From positions 282,870-346,869 of the forward strand of contig CAVQIZ010000007.1 of NCBI GenBank assembly GCA_963712735.1: 64,000 nucleotides of DNA. The letters run 5' to 3'. This stretch comes from an uncultured Chloroflexia bacterium. Its GTDB lineage: Bacteria > Chloroflexota > Limnocylindria > Limnocylindrales > CSP1-4. Made by a program: the position numbers and the translations under genes. Below the pieces are notes generated by a model. The model did no database searches and was not told the origin of the DNA. It saw nothing but the letters and a program-made list of their open reading frames with translations. Positions 51,118-59,926 of this stretch are shown in pieces; position 1 is the stretch's first letter; each line of letters starts with the position of its first letter.

Positions 51118-51691
51118 ATGACACGAGAGCTCGTCCGGCGAGCGATCGAGGGGGATCACGACGCGTTTTCCAGCCTGGTGGACGCGTCGGTCGATCGCCT
51201 CTATTCAGTGGCCACACTCATCCTGCGCGATCCGGACCGTGCCCAGGACGCGGTACAGGAGGCGCTCATGTCCGCCTGGAAGGACGTGCGTGCACTGCGT
51301 GATCCCGACGCGTGGGATGCCTGGCTCCACCGCATCACGGTGTGGGCCTGCTACAAGGCGGCGAAGAAGGAGCGTCGGCGCAAGACGGTCGAGCTGAAGG
51401 TCGTTCCCGACCCCGAGCGCTCCGTCGCTCCCGACTCCGCCGCAGCTCTGGCGAGCCGCGACCTGATCGAGCGGCAGTTGAACGACCTGCCGATCGATCA
51501 CCGCGCGGTCATCGTCCTGCGCTTCTACCTCGACCTGCCTCTCGACGAGGTGGGCGACATCCTCGATATCCCCGTCGGGACCGTGAAGTCCCGGCTGCAT
51601 CGGGCCCTGGCCTCGCTCCGCGAGTCGATGGCCGAGACCCGTCTGAACCGACAACCCCCCGGTCGGCGCCCTGAAGGACGGCACGGCATGA
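51118..51691 (+). pseudogene. ECF (sigma-70 family) RNA polymerase sigma factor, frame break at the C-terminus
   Basis: Region 2 AQDAVQEALMSAWKDVRALRDPDAWDAWLHRI. Region 4 LPIDHRAVIVLRFYLDLPLDEVGDILDIPVGTVKSRLHRA. As written it fuses to the next gene. The +1 frame, open only from 51647, ends in a TGA overlapping the next ATG. Confidence 0.85.
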
Positions 51692-53048
51692 ACGACGACG
51701 CTCGCTTCGAGCGACTCTTCGCTGAGGGCCTGCACGATATCGCGCCACTGCGCGCGCCCGACCGGCTCCGCACCCAGGTCAAGGCCGAGACCAGCAGGGT
51801 GCATCCGCGCCCACGCTGGCTCGCGCTCATCAAGGAGCCCCCTATGCGAACCAACTCCCGACTCGCCGTCGGTTCGCCGACGGCACGAGTGGCGGCCATC
51901 ATGGTCGCGACCCTGCTGGCGACGCTGCTCGTCGTCAGCGCCAGCATCGCCGGAGCACGTATCCTCGCCGCCGACGGCCCCATCGTCGTCGACCAGACCG
52001 GCAACGGCACCTACACCACCATCACCGAGGCCGTCGACGCTGCCGTCGACGGCGACGAGATCCTCGTCCAGCCCGGTGTCTACATCGAGGCCGTGGTCAT
52101 CGACAAGGACATCACGCTACGCGGCGATGGACCCGTCGAGGAGATCATCATGACCGCGCCCGAGGATGGTCCGGAGGCGCTCCTGTGGGAAGTTCTCCAG
52201 CTACTACGACCCGTACGCCCTCCTGGTGTCGGGCGTGGATGCGACGATCTCTGGTCTGACCTTCACCGGCGTTGGCTCGTCGGTGGTGCTCGATGGCGGA
52301 TCGCCCTCGCTGCACGATACGCTGTTCCAGGGCGTGGGAACGTCGTACACGGTGGTACATCACCCAGCGGGAGCTCGATCGTCGTCACCAACGGCGCCGC
52401 CGCGTCCGTCAGAGAAAACTCCATCCGCGATGGTGGCCCGATCGCCGTCTTCGGCGACGCGAATGCCACGATCGATGCGAACCGACTGTCTGCCGGTGCT
52501 CACATCTTTCTGGCCGACTACGGGCCTGCCACGGTCGTCAGCGGCAACGTCATCGAGGACACGATCATGTGGGCCATCGGCGCCTTCGACGGTGAGTCTG
52601 ATGCGCACCTGGTGATCAGGAACAACGAGATCACCAACCCCGGGCAGTCCGGCATCAACCTGAGTGCGGGCTCGGCGGATATCGTCGGCAACGAGATCCG
52701 GGGCGCTAGCACGGCGGCCATCATGACCGGTCTGGGGCTAGTCAGCATCACCGGCAACACCCTCATGGACAACCGTAACGCGATCGTCGACGCATCCGGC
52801 GAGGCGACGATCTCCGACAACGTCATCCGCGGCGGGAGAATCCGGTGTTGTCGTGTCTGGAGTCCAGGCGTTCAGCGGCAATGATGTCGAAGGCGTCGAG
52901 AGGGGCGGCATCGTCGATCGCCGTAGGCTCGCCGGTCCTCCGAGACAACCGCTCGTGCGGCAATGGCACGAATCTCATCGTCGCTGATACGGCCACGCCC
53001 GACATCGACGACAGCAACGAGATCTGCGAGGACGCGCCGGCCGACTAG
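51688..53048 (+). pseudogene. anti-sigma-like single-pass membrane protein with right-handed beta-helix (NosD/pectin-lyase-fold) ectodomain, about four frame breaks
   Basis: MNDDARFERLF..., TM VAAIMVATLLATLLVVSASIA, then YTTITEAVDAAVDGDEILVQPGVY and repeated I.GN.I motifs. Pieces in three frames rejoin near 52187, 52350, 52835 and 52900. The protein ends NRSCGNGTNLIVADTATPDIDDSNEICEDAPAD. Confidence 0.6.
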
Positions 53049-53071
53049 GTCTCTCGCCTCGTATCCGAACG

Positions 53072-53100
53072 CCCGGGTCGCCCGAGTCGGTCGACCCGGG
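53072..53100. terminator. hairpin between convergent genes
   Basis: CCCGGGTCG-11 nt-CGACCCGGG followed by TCTTCG. Confidence 0.45.
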
Positions 53101-53108
53101 TCTTCGCG

Positions 53109-54035
53109 TCAGCTGAGCGGGGGAGGATACTCCCGCTCCGAGCTCGCCTCGGCCGGCTCCACGCCCGTGTCGGCTGTCTCGGCTTCGTCGCTCGGCTCGG
53201 CCGCGTCCTCGCCCGGCTCGGGCGTGACGCTGCCCTGGCCAGGTACCCAGGATGATCCCGACTCCGGCCCTTCCGGGCAGGCGCAGCGGGCGACGTAGAA
53301 CTCGTAGCCGTAGGTCTCCGGATACTCGCGCCGGATGCGGTGCTCCTCGATGGTCCCGTTGATGACCGCCAGCGCTGCCTCGTCCCCGGCGTACTTGTCC
53401 AGCAGGCCCGGGATGCGCGCCTCCAGTGGTGTCTGGTAGTGCGTCCACCACGACTCGGCAGGCAGCGTGAAGTGGCCGACGATCTCGTAACCGCTGGCCT
53501 CGATGCGCTCCAGGTTCCCGGGCACATCACGGATACCCGGGTACTGCGCGGTGAAGAAGTCGAAGACCTCCGCGGGCGGCTCGGGAACCAGCCAGCTGAG
53601 CTCGGTGACCACGATGTAGCCACCGGGTCGGAGGAACTCGCGCCAGGCGCTGAAGGCCTCGCTGATGCCCATGATGTAGGCCGCGCCCTCCGACCAGATG
53701 AGGTCGAACGAATCGGGACCGAAGGGCAGGTCCGTCATGTCGCCGCGCATGACGTGGATGCGATCGCGCACGCCGGCCGCTTGCGCGCGTTCGCGAAGCT
53801 GGTCGAGGAAGCGCTCGTGGGCATCGACCGCGGTGATGATGCCGCCGGTCGCGGCCGCCAGCGCCAGGGTCTGCATGCCGGGACCACAGCCCACGTCGAG
53901 CACGTCGGGCCGCTCGGGCAGCTCGGTGCACAGGGACAGGGCACGCAGGGTCGACTCGTCGTCACCGGGGCCTTCGCGGGGCAGGTCGCGATGCAGCTCG
54001 AAGAAGACGTCGCTCAGCTCGCTGATGTCACCCAT
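53109..54035 (-). CDS. class I SAM-dependent methyltransferase with acidic C-terminal tail
   Basis: 308 aa from MGDISELSD. Motif I VLDVGCGPGMQT, then FDLIWSEGAAY and LRPGGYIVV. The upstream part of ORF 53109-54485 is not coding. Confidence 0.85.
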   Translation of the reverse strand: MGDISELSDVFFELHRDLPREGPGDDESTLRALSLCTELPERPDVLDVGCGPGMQTLALAAATGGIITAVDAHERFLDQLRERAQAAGVRDRIHVMRGDMTDLPFGPDSFDLIWSEGAAYIMGISEAFSAWREFLRPGGYIVVTELSWLVPEPPAEVFDFFTAQYPGIRDVPGNLERIEASGYEIVGHFTLPAESWWTHYQTPLEARIPGLLDKYAGDEAALAVINGTIEEHRIRREYPETYGYEFYVARCACPEGPESGSSWVPGQGSVTPEPGEDAAEPSDEAETADTGVEPAEASSEREYPPPLS

Positions 54036-54138
54036 CGTGGGGGAGAGGGTAGCGACAGGTCCGCCGGCTGACGCAGGCGATTCGGCCCCATGTCCGGCGT
54101 CCTTGTGCCCTTCTGCGGCGGTGAAGGCGTCGTCGCGT

Positions 54139-54802
54139 CTAGTCGAGGCCCCAGAACGGGCCGGTGAGCCCGACCGAGCGGAAGTACTCCCGGGCGTGGG
54201 CCGGCTCGCGTCGCTCGTAGCCCATCTCCAGGCGCCCCTCGTACCAGCGAGAGGCCAGGCGCCACAGCGTGGCCAGGTCCATGACGTAACCGGGTTCCTC
54301 GATCCGTCGACTGGGCCCAGCGTTGGACGCACTCGACGCTGCAGAAGAGGCGCTGGTTGGAGCAGGTGTTTACGACGTCGTCCCAGCACTGGGCCATCGG
54401 CACCAGGAAGTGCGCGACCTCGTCGCCGAGCGGCGGGGCCTCCCGGTTGACGACCCACGCCAGCGGCTTGCCACAGCCGGGGCACTGCGTGGCCACCAGC
54501 ACCTCGGGATCGTCAGTGACAAGCTGTGGGATGGCGAACGAATCCCAGGCGCAGCCGCCCCACCAGAGGGTCTCGCGGCCCATCACGCTGAAGCCGAGCG
54601 GGATGGAGGCGAACGGGTGCGCCATCACGACCTGATCATCACGCAGGACGAGATGACGCGCGACCGACAGCGAGTGCAGCGACTCGCGGACCGCGTCGGC
54701 GCTCAGGGCCAGCCCGACGGCCATCTCCTCAACGCTCGGTGGCCGGCCTTCGGACACGTAGCCCCGGTAGACCGCGAGGCGAACGGCTTCATCGTGGTTC
54801 AT
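54139..54802 (-). pseudogene. alkylmercury lyase (MerB)-family protein, one frame break
   Basis: LWWGGCAWDSFAIP (Cys-x2-Asp as in the MerB active site), QCPGCGK. After a one-base shift near 54300 it continues IEEPGYVMDLATLWRLASRWYEGRLEMGYERREPAHAREYFRSVGLTGPFWGLD, with a stop at 54139. Confidence 0.7.
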
Positions 54803-54816
54803 GGGGCACTCCTCGG

Positions 54817-55188
54817 TCAGTCGTCAGCGGGGGAGGCGGCCAGTGGCTTGGAGGTCTGGGTCTCGCGTCCTGATGATGCCGTAACCGTCGGCCGCTGTGA
54901 TGGGTGCTTGCACCCGGGCCGGCGGAACTCGATCACCAGCTCGGTGCCGGTCGCCGCCGCGATGCGCTTGAGCATCTTCACGCTCGGGTTCTGCCGGCCG
55001 GATTCGAGCCGCGCCACCGTCGACTGTGGCATCCCGACCAGCTCACCGAACTCGGCCTGGGTCAGGTCGAGATCGGCTCGGAGACCTCCGATCTGGAGCG
55101 AGAGATCGCGAAACGGGAACTCGCGTTCCAGGGCCTCACGGAACCCGGGGTGGGCGAGCCACTCCTCCCGGATCTCTGTCCACCTCAT
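54817..55188 (-). CDS. XRE-family HTH antitoxin (HigA-like)
   Basis: LTQAEFGELVGMPQSTVARLESGRQNPSVKMLKRIA. The ATG at 55188 overlaps the toxin TGA (ATGA). Confidence 0.75.
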   Translation of the reverse strand: MRWTEIREEWLAHPGFREALEREFPFRDLSLQIGGLRADLDLTQAEFGELVGMPQSTVARLESGRQNPSVKMLKRIAAATGTELVIEFRRPGCKHPSQRPTVTASSGRETQTSKPLAASPADD

Positions 55189-55526
55189 CCTGTCGCCTCC
55201 AATCTCCGGCGCCATCGATGCACCGACCGCTCCGCTGCTCGCAGCCGTGACATCCTCAGCTTGCGGGACCTCTTGACCAGCACGGCCCCCACCGCGAGCA
55301 TCGTCGTGCCCGGAACAAGACAGAAGAACGCGCGCCGGTCCCCGTACCTGACCTCCCAGAGGTCGAGTGACTCAAGCTTCTTGGCGCTTGGTGCGCGTGT
55401 GCCCTGTCTTGATAACCGATCGAGCGCGTCGAAGAACCTCACCAGTTCACGCGGGTCGCGGCTTCGCTCGATCTGTTCGAGCACCTCGGGTGCCACGCGG
55501 ACGTCGTAGGCGTCGTGTCGGGTCAT
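55185..55526 (-). CDS. RelE/ParE-superfamily toxin (HigB / Gp49-like), toxin-first order
   Basis: 113 aa. LWEVRYGDRRAFFCLVPG pattern. Located upstream of the HTH antitoxin, as in HigBA modules. Confidence 0.65.
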   Translation of the reverse strand: MTRHDAYDVRVAPEVLEQIERSRDPRELVRFFDALDRLSRQGTRAPSAKKLESLDLWEVRYGDRRAFFCLVPGTTMLAVGAVLVKRSRKLRMSRLRAAERSVHRWRRRLEATG

Positions 55527-55541
55527 GCCGACGGCGAGGAA

Positions 55542-55559
55542 TATAGCACCGATGCTATA
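55542..55559 (-). promoter_or_regulatory. palindromic operator overlapping a -10-like box of the HigBA-like operon
   Basis: TATAGCA-CCGA-TGCTATA perfect 7-bp arms 16 nt upstream of the toxin ATG. On the minus strand it reads ...GCTATATTC..., giving a TATATT box. Confidence 0.45.
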
Positions 55560-55565
55560 GCGCGA

Positions 55566-56222
55566 CTAGCTGACGGGAGTGCGCCTCTGCAGGGACCGGG
55601 GCACGCCGACGGCGTGGCTGAGGTGGCCGTCGACGAGGGCGAAGGGCGGCAGGTCGAGCGCGTTCATGTCGACCGCGGCGAACTCCTCGAGCAGGTAGCG
55701 GGCGAACTCGCGCTCCACGTCAAGGGGCAGGCAGATGAGGATGTCCCGCATCGGCGCCAGCACCAGGCCGTTGCGCTCGCCCAGCACGCGTACCAGCTCG
55801 TCGGGCAGCAGCAGGAGCGAGGAGGCCCAGCCCTCGCGCGATTGGAAGGCCACAGTGGGCACGTCGGCGATGCGCTCACAGATGAGAGCGAACTGCCTGC
55901 GGGCGGCGACACGGGCACGGACGTTGTCCAGCGCCTGCTCGAAGGCATCGTCGAGCGTGACGCCCCACGCCGCGAGCTGCTCGTGCGCCACGAAGAGCAT
56001 GGCGGGGCCGATGTCCAGGCCCAGGACGACGCGGATGCCGGGGCTGAACTCGCGTGCCGGCAGCTCCGCCGCATCGACCGGCAGGGGGCGACGGCGGGGG
56101 AGGGCCAGCCGCAGCCTGGGGGCCACGTCGGGCCAGGGGGCGGCGAGATCGACCGCTTCGATGGCGGCCACCACCTCCTCGACGGACGCGGTGGTGACGG
56201 CCGGTTCATCCATGCTGCTCAT
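55566..56222 (-). CDS. hypothetical protein
   Basis: 218-aa ORF with coding-like composition. No motif recognised. Confidence 0.45.
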   Translation of the reverse strand: MSSMDEPAVTTASVEEVVAAIEAVDLAAPWPDVAPRLRLALPRRRPLPVDAAELPAREFSPGIRVVLGLDIGPAMLFVAHEQLAAWGVTLDDAFEQALDNVRARVAARRQFALICERIADVPTVAFQSREGWASSLLLLPDELVRVLGERNGLVLAPMRDILICLPLDVEREFARYLLEEFAAVDMNALDLPPFALVDGHLSHAVGVPRSLQRRTPVS

Positions 56223-56321
56223 GGCCCCACGATGACGAGCGCGCCTTGGTGCGGGATGGCTGCCGGCTTATCGAGGCGTTTCGGCCCGCGGCGTGACCGT
56301 GGATGGGCCTAGCATCTTCCT

Positions 56322-57476
56322 GTGAGGTCCATCCATGCCCCGACGGACGAGGTTCGACGCGCCTACGTCAACCAGTCGGCCATCAGCTACAGCTTCTACG
56401 TCGTGGGCGCCACGACCGCGTTCGTAGCGCTCGCGCTGGGCCTGTCCGATACGCAGGCGGGATTGCACTCGTCGGCGATGGCGGTGGGCATGATCGTGAC
56501 GGGCCTGGCGGGGGAGCGGTTCGACCGCAGGGTCGGTGTGCGCCGCGCGCACCTCGCCGCGATGGGCCTGCTGGTGGCTGCGCTGCTGGTGTTGGCCTGG
56601 GCGCCGACGTTGCCGGCCACGCTGGCGGCGTCGCTCGGGGTGGGCCTGGGAGCGGGGACGATGTTCGGCCATGTCAACCAGACGCTTGGCGCCGGCGGCG
56701 GTGCGCTCGCGAGGGTGCAGCTGACGCGGGGAGCGCTGGTGGCGAAGGCCTCGCAGCTGCTGGTGCCGCTGGCCATCGGGGTCGGCATCGCGGTCGGGCT
56801 CGAGTGGCGCTTCGTGGTGGTCCCGGTGCTCGCGTTCCTGGCGGTGCTCTTCGTCTGGACGCGGTCGGGCCGTGATGGGATGGCGGCGCATATCGATGCG
56901 GCGCGGTTGCCGTGGGCCTACTGGCTGCCGTGGATCCTGACGGTGTCGGTCATCGCCATGGAGTTCTTCGTCATCGTCTGGGGCGGCACGCTGGTGGAGC
57001 GCCAGACCGGCGTGTCCCTGGCCGATGCGACCCTGACGATCTCCGCCTTCATCGCCGGCATGATCGCGGGACGGGCAGTGATGTCAGTGCGGGCGATGGC
57101 GCGCTTCGATCCGATGCTCGTCATCCGCGTGGGCGTCATGCTGACCTTCGTGGCGCTGCTGCTGCCGTGGCTCTCCGGGAGCTACGAGCTGAGCGTGGGG
57201 GGACTGGCGGTGGCTGGCTTCGGCATCGGCATCCTCTATCCGCCGGCCGCCTCGATCGCGCTCGCCGCGGTGCCCAACCAGGCGGCGGCGGCTTCGTCGC
57301 GGCTGACCTTGGCGGCAGGCTTGGCCATCCTGGTGGCGCCGCTGATCCTGGGCGTCATCGCGGATATCTCCAGCATCTCCACGGCGTGGTTGCTGGTGCC
57401 CGGGGTGTGCGTCGCGGTGCTGCTACTGACGGTGCCGGTGGAACGGGCGAGACGCGGACGGGCGGTCGTCCTCTAG
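56322..57476 (+). CDS. MFS transporter
   Basis: 384 aa, about 12 TM helices, loop motif GERFDRRVGVRRA between TM2 and TM3. Confidence 0.85.
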   Translation: MRSIHAPTDEVRRAYVNQSAISYSFYVVGATTAFVALALGLSDTQAGLHSSAMAVGMIVTGLAGERFDRRVGVRRAHLAAMGLLVAALLVLAWAPTLPATLAASLGVGLGAGTMFGHVNQTLGAGGGALARVQLTRGALVAKASQLLVPLAIGVGIAVGLEWRFVVVPVLAFLAVLFVWTRSGRDGMAAHIDAARLPWAYWLPWILTVSVIAMEFFVIVWGGTLVERQTGVSLADATLTISAFIAGMIAGRAVMSVRAMARFDPMLVIRVGVMLTFVALLLPWLSGSYELSVGGLAVAGFGIGILYPPAASIALAAVPNQAAAASSRLTLAAGLAILVAPLILGVIADISSISTAWLLVPGVCVAVLLLTVPVERARRGRAVVL

Positions 57477-57910
57477 CGCGCGTCGTCCAGCGTGGTCGAG
57501 ATCTCCGCCACGATGCCGCCGAGTCGGTCGCGGATGTCACACTCCCAGACCTCGAAGACCCGCCAGTCGGCCTCCTCCAGCTGACGCCTCTTGCGGGCGT
57601 CCCGTTCCCGATTGAGCTCGAACTTGCGCGCCCAGAACTCGGGGTTGGACTTGGGCAGGTTCGGGTGGCAGCGCGGGCAGTGGTGCCAGTAGCAACCGTG
57701 CACGAAGATGGCCACATGGCGACCGGGGTACGAGATGTCCGGCCGACCCGGCGCTCGCTTCCAGTTCAGCCGATACCCGGGGTGGCCCGCCGCCCGTAGC
57801 GCGTGCCGAAGCGTTCGCTCAGGCTTGGTGTTCTTGGCCCGGTTGGCCTGCATGACGGCCCGAACGGCTTGCGACGAGGGTGGTGGGTTGGGTAGTTGCA
57901 GACCGGGCAT
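57473..57910 (-). CDS. vsr: very-short-patch repair endonuclease
   Basis: 145 aa from MPGLQ. NTKPERTLRHAL, RPDISYPGRHVAIFVHGCYWHHCPRC, WRVFEVWEC. Confidence 0.92.
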   Translation of the reverse strand: MPGLQLPNPPPSSQAVRAVMQANRAKNTKPERTLRHALRAAGHPGYRLNWKRAPGRPDISYPGRHVAIFVHGCYWHHCPRCHPNLPKSNPEFWARKFELNRERDARKRRQLEEADWRVFEVWECDIRDRLGGIVAEISTTLDDAR

Positions 57911-57958
57911 GGCTCTGAGTATCGAGCAAGCGGCTCGTCGCATACTGGGACCGTGCGC

Positions 57959-58630
57959 ATGATCGTCGAGAGCCATCAGTACGCCGAGACCGTCCTGGAA
58001 GGGCAGTTTCGCGATGAATGGGAGGAGCTGCTGGACGTGATCGGCACGCTGGATGTGCCGTTGCGACCTGTCGGTCCCTATACACAAACTGGCCGCCCGA
58101 AGTCGCCTAAGCGCCAGGCGCGCGTCATCGGTGGGCGACGAGCCAGTGCGCTCATGCCGGTGGACCAAGGCGAGATGAACCGGCAGATCCGGCTGGCATT
58201 GTCGGGTCGAGGCTGGAACTCCGAGCCGTACATCCTCATCGACCGAGAAGGTCGACCGATCGACACACGGCTCCGAGGGGACTTCGAAAAGTCGGGCGTG
58301 TTCGTGGAGGTCGAGTTCGGCAACGTCGCCTCCTACTACCGGGACCTGTTCAAGTTCCACATCGCTGGCACGACCGGCGCGGCGAAGGTGGGCATCATCG
58401 TCGTGGCAACCGATGCGCTCGCGCGACTATTCGACCAAGGTCAGGCTCGGTTCGAGCAGGCTGTGGCGCTGCTCCCGTACATGCGCGCAGGCGTTCAGCT
58501 GCCGACCGCGATCATCGGGATCGATGTGAACGACTGGCAGCCGGTCCGCGATCGATACGAGGCCATGCGAGCGCTCGTGGAGGAGAACGGGGAGGCGTGC
58601 CACCCGTTCGCAGCGGTGGTAGCGAGCTAG
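57959..58630 (+). CDS. type II restriction endonuclease, BamHI/BglII-like fold (specificity unknown)
   Basis: 223 aa from MIVESHQY. Candidate catalytic block DFEKSGVFVEVEFGNVASYYRDLFKF (D-x8-E-x-E). Convergent with the m5C MTase, with a 4-nt overlap. Confidence 0.6.
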   Translation: MIVESHQYAETVLEGQFRDEWEELLDVIGTLDVPLRPVGPYTQTGRPKSPKRQARVIGGRRASALMPVDQGEMNRQIRLALSGRGWNSEPYILIDREGRPIDTRLRGDFEKSGVFVEVEFGNVASYYRDLFKFHIAGTTGAAKVGIIVVATDALARLFDQGQARFEQAVALLPYMRAGVQLPTAIIGIDVNDWQPVRDRYEAMRALVEENGEACHPFAAVVAS

Positions 58631-59907
58631 GAAGCGGCCTGGGACCGAACCTCGGACCGGGAAGGATCGCCCTGGTCGCGTATCTCGGCCATCAGCTCAG
58701 CACCGACGCGCTCGATGAGCCCGACCACGAGGGCGTTGCCCATCATGAATGCGCGCCGACCCTCGGGCATGCCGGTGTCGGTCCAGTCGTCGGGGAACCC
58801 GTTCAGGCGCTCAAGCTCTCGAGGAGTGAGACGGCGATAGCGCCCATCGGCGACCTGGATGAGGTGCTTGAAGCGCGATGGCGTGCGTCCGCCTTCGCCC
58901 GTCAGGATGGTCCTGGCCGGCCAGTCGGTCCGGTCGGGGTAGGGGATGGGGCCTTCGACATAGAAGTACGGCGTGCCCGAGCCCTTGTGGTATCGCTGCT
59001 CTCGCTTGGAGCCCTTCAGGTATATCCATCGCCCGAGCTCATCGGCCGGGATGAAGTACTGCTCGGGCACCTCATCGGCTGGCTCCAGGATGTCACCGAG
59101 CGTCAGGGACTCGCCGTCCCAGGCGGGCTCGAGATCCAGCGTCCAGACGCGTCGTTGTGACATGTAGCCGGCGTTGCGGAAGGGAGACACGCCCTTGGTC
59201 GCGCCGAACGCCTCCGATACGTCTGCTGGAGTCCCTTCGATGACGAACGTTGGCGACGAGGACAGCACCGGTCCCTCGACCACCGGCAGGGCACGGGCAA
59301 GTGGGCCGCCGTAGACCACATCGTTAGGGTCGCGCTCGACGGCACCGACATGGCGCCCTAGCAGCAGCACACGTCGGCGCTTCTGCGGGAAGCCATAGTC
59401 GGCGGCGTTGACGACTCGCCACTCGACCTCGTAGCCGAGGTTCGCGAGCGCCGCGAGCATCACCCCGAAATCGCGCCCACGCTGGGCCGTGGGGGACTTC
59501 AGCAGGCGATCGACGTTCTCCAGGAACAGGTATGGCGGCCGCTTCATCATCAGCAGCCGGTAGATCTCCCACCACAGCACGCCCTTCTTGCCCACGATGC
59601 CTGTGGCCTGGTTGAGCGTCTTGGCGACTGAGTAGTCCTGGCAGGGGAACCCACCGACCAGCAGCTCGTGATCGGGGATGAGGCGCGCCCCGGCCTCGGC
59701 CTCGTTCATCACCTCGTGGATGTCCTCGCACACGGCGCCATCGGGCCCGAAGCGCTGGACGTAGCAGTCGTACGCGTGCTGGGTCTTGGTGCTGGGTTCC
59801 CACTGGTTCGCCCAGACCGTTCGCCAACCGGAACGTTCGAGCCCGATGCGGAAGCCACCGACACCAGCGAATAGCTCGACGACGCGGGGCCCGGATGCCT
59901 TGCTCAC
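58627..59907 (-). CDS. DNA (cytosine-5)-methyltransferase
   Basis: Motif I ELFAGVGGF, motif IV GGFPCQDYS, motif VI LFLENV, motif VIII FPQKRRRVLLLG, motif X MGNALVVGL. GTG at 59907 with GGAGG 11 nt upstream. The longer ORF to 59988 would overlap the upstream gene. Confidence 0.92.
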   Translation of the reverse strand: MSKASGPRVVELFAGVGGFRIGLERSGWRTVWANQWEPSTKTQHAYDCYVQRFGPDGAVCEDIHEVMNEAEAGARLIPDHELLVGGFPCQDYSVAKTLNQATGIVGKKGVLWWEIYRLLMMKRPPYLFLENVDRLLKSPTAQRGRDFGVMLAALANLGYEVEWRVVNAADYGFPQKRRRVLLLGRHVGAVERDPNDVVYGGPLARALPVVEGPVLSSSPTFVIEGTPADVSEAFGATKGVSPFRNAGYMSQRRVWTLDLEPAWDGESLTLGDILEPADEVPEQYFIPADELGRWIYLKGSKREQRYHKGSGTPYFYVEGPIPYPDRTDWPARTILTGEGGRTPSRFKHLIQVADGRYRRLTPRELERLNGFPDDWTDTGMPEGRRAFMMGNALVVGLIERVGAELMAEIRDQGDPSRSEVRSQAAS

Positions 59908-59926
59908 CGGTTCAAGACCTCCGTCG

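Noticed and set aside
54036-54485. 150-aa N-terminal extension of the SAM-MTase ORF, and similarly 57911-58360 on the vsr ORF
   Set aside because: The extensions overlap other supported genes (MerB-like, REase) and look non-coding. Internal ATGs give family-typical N-termini.
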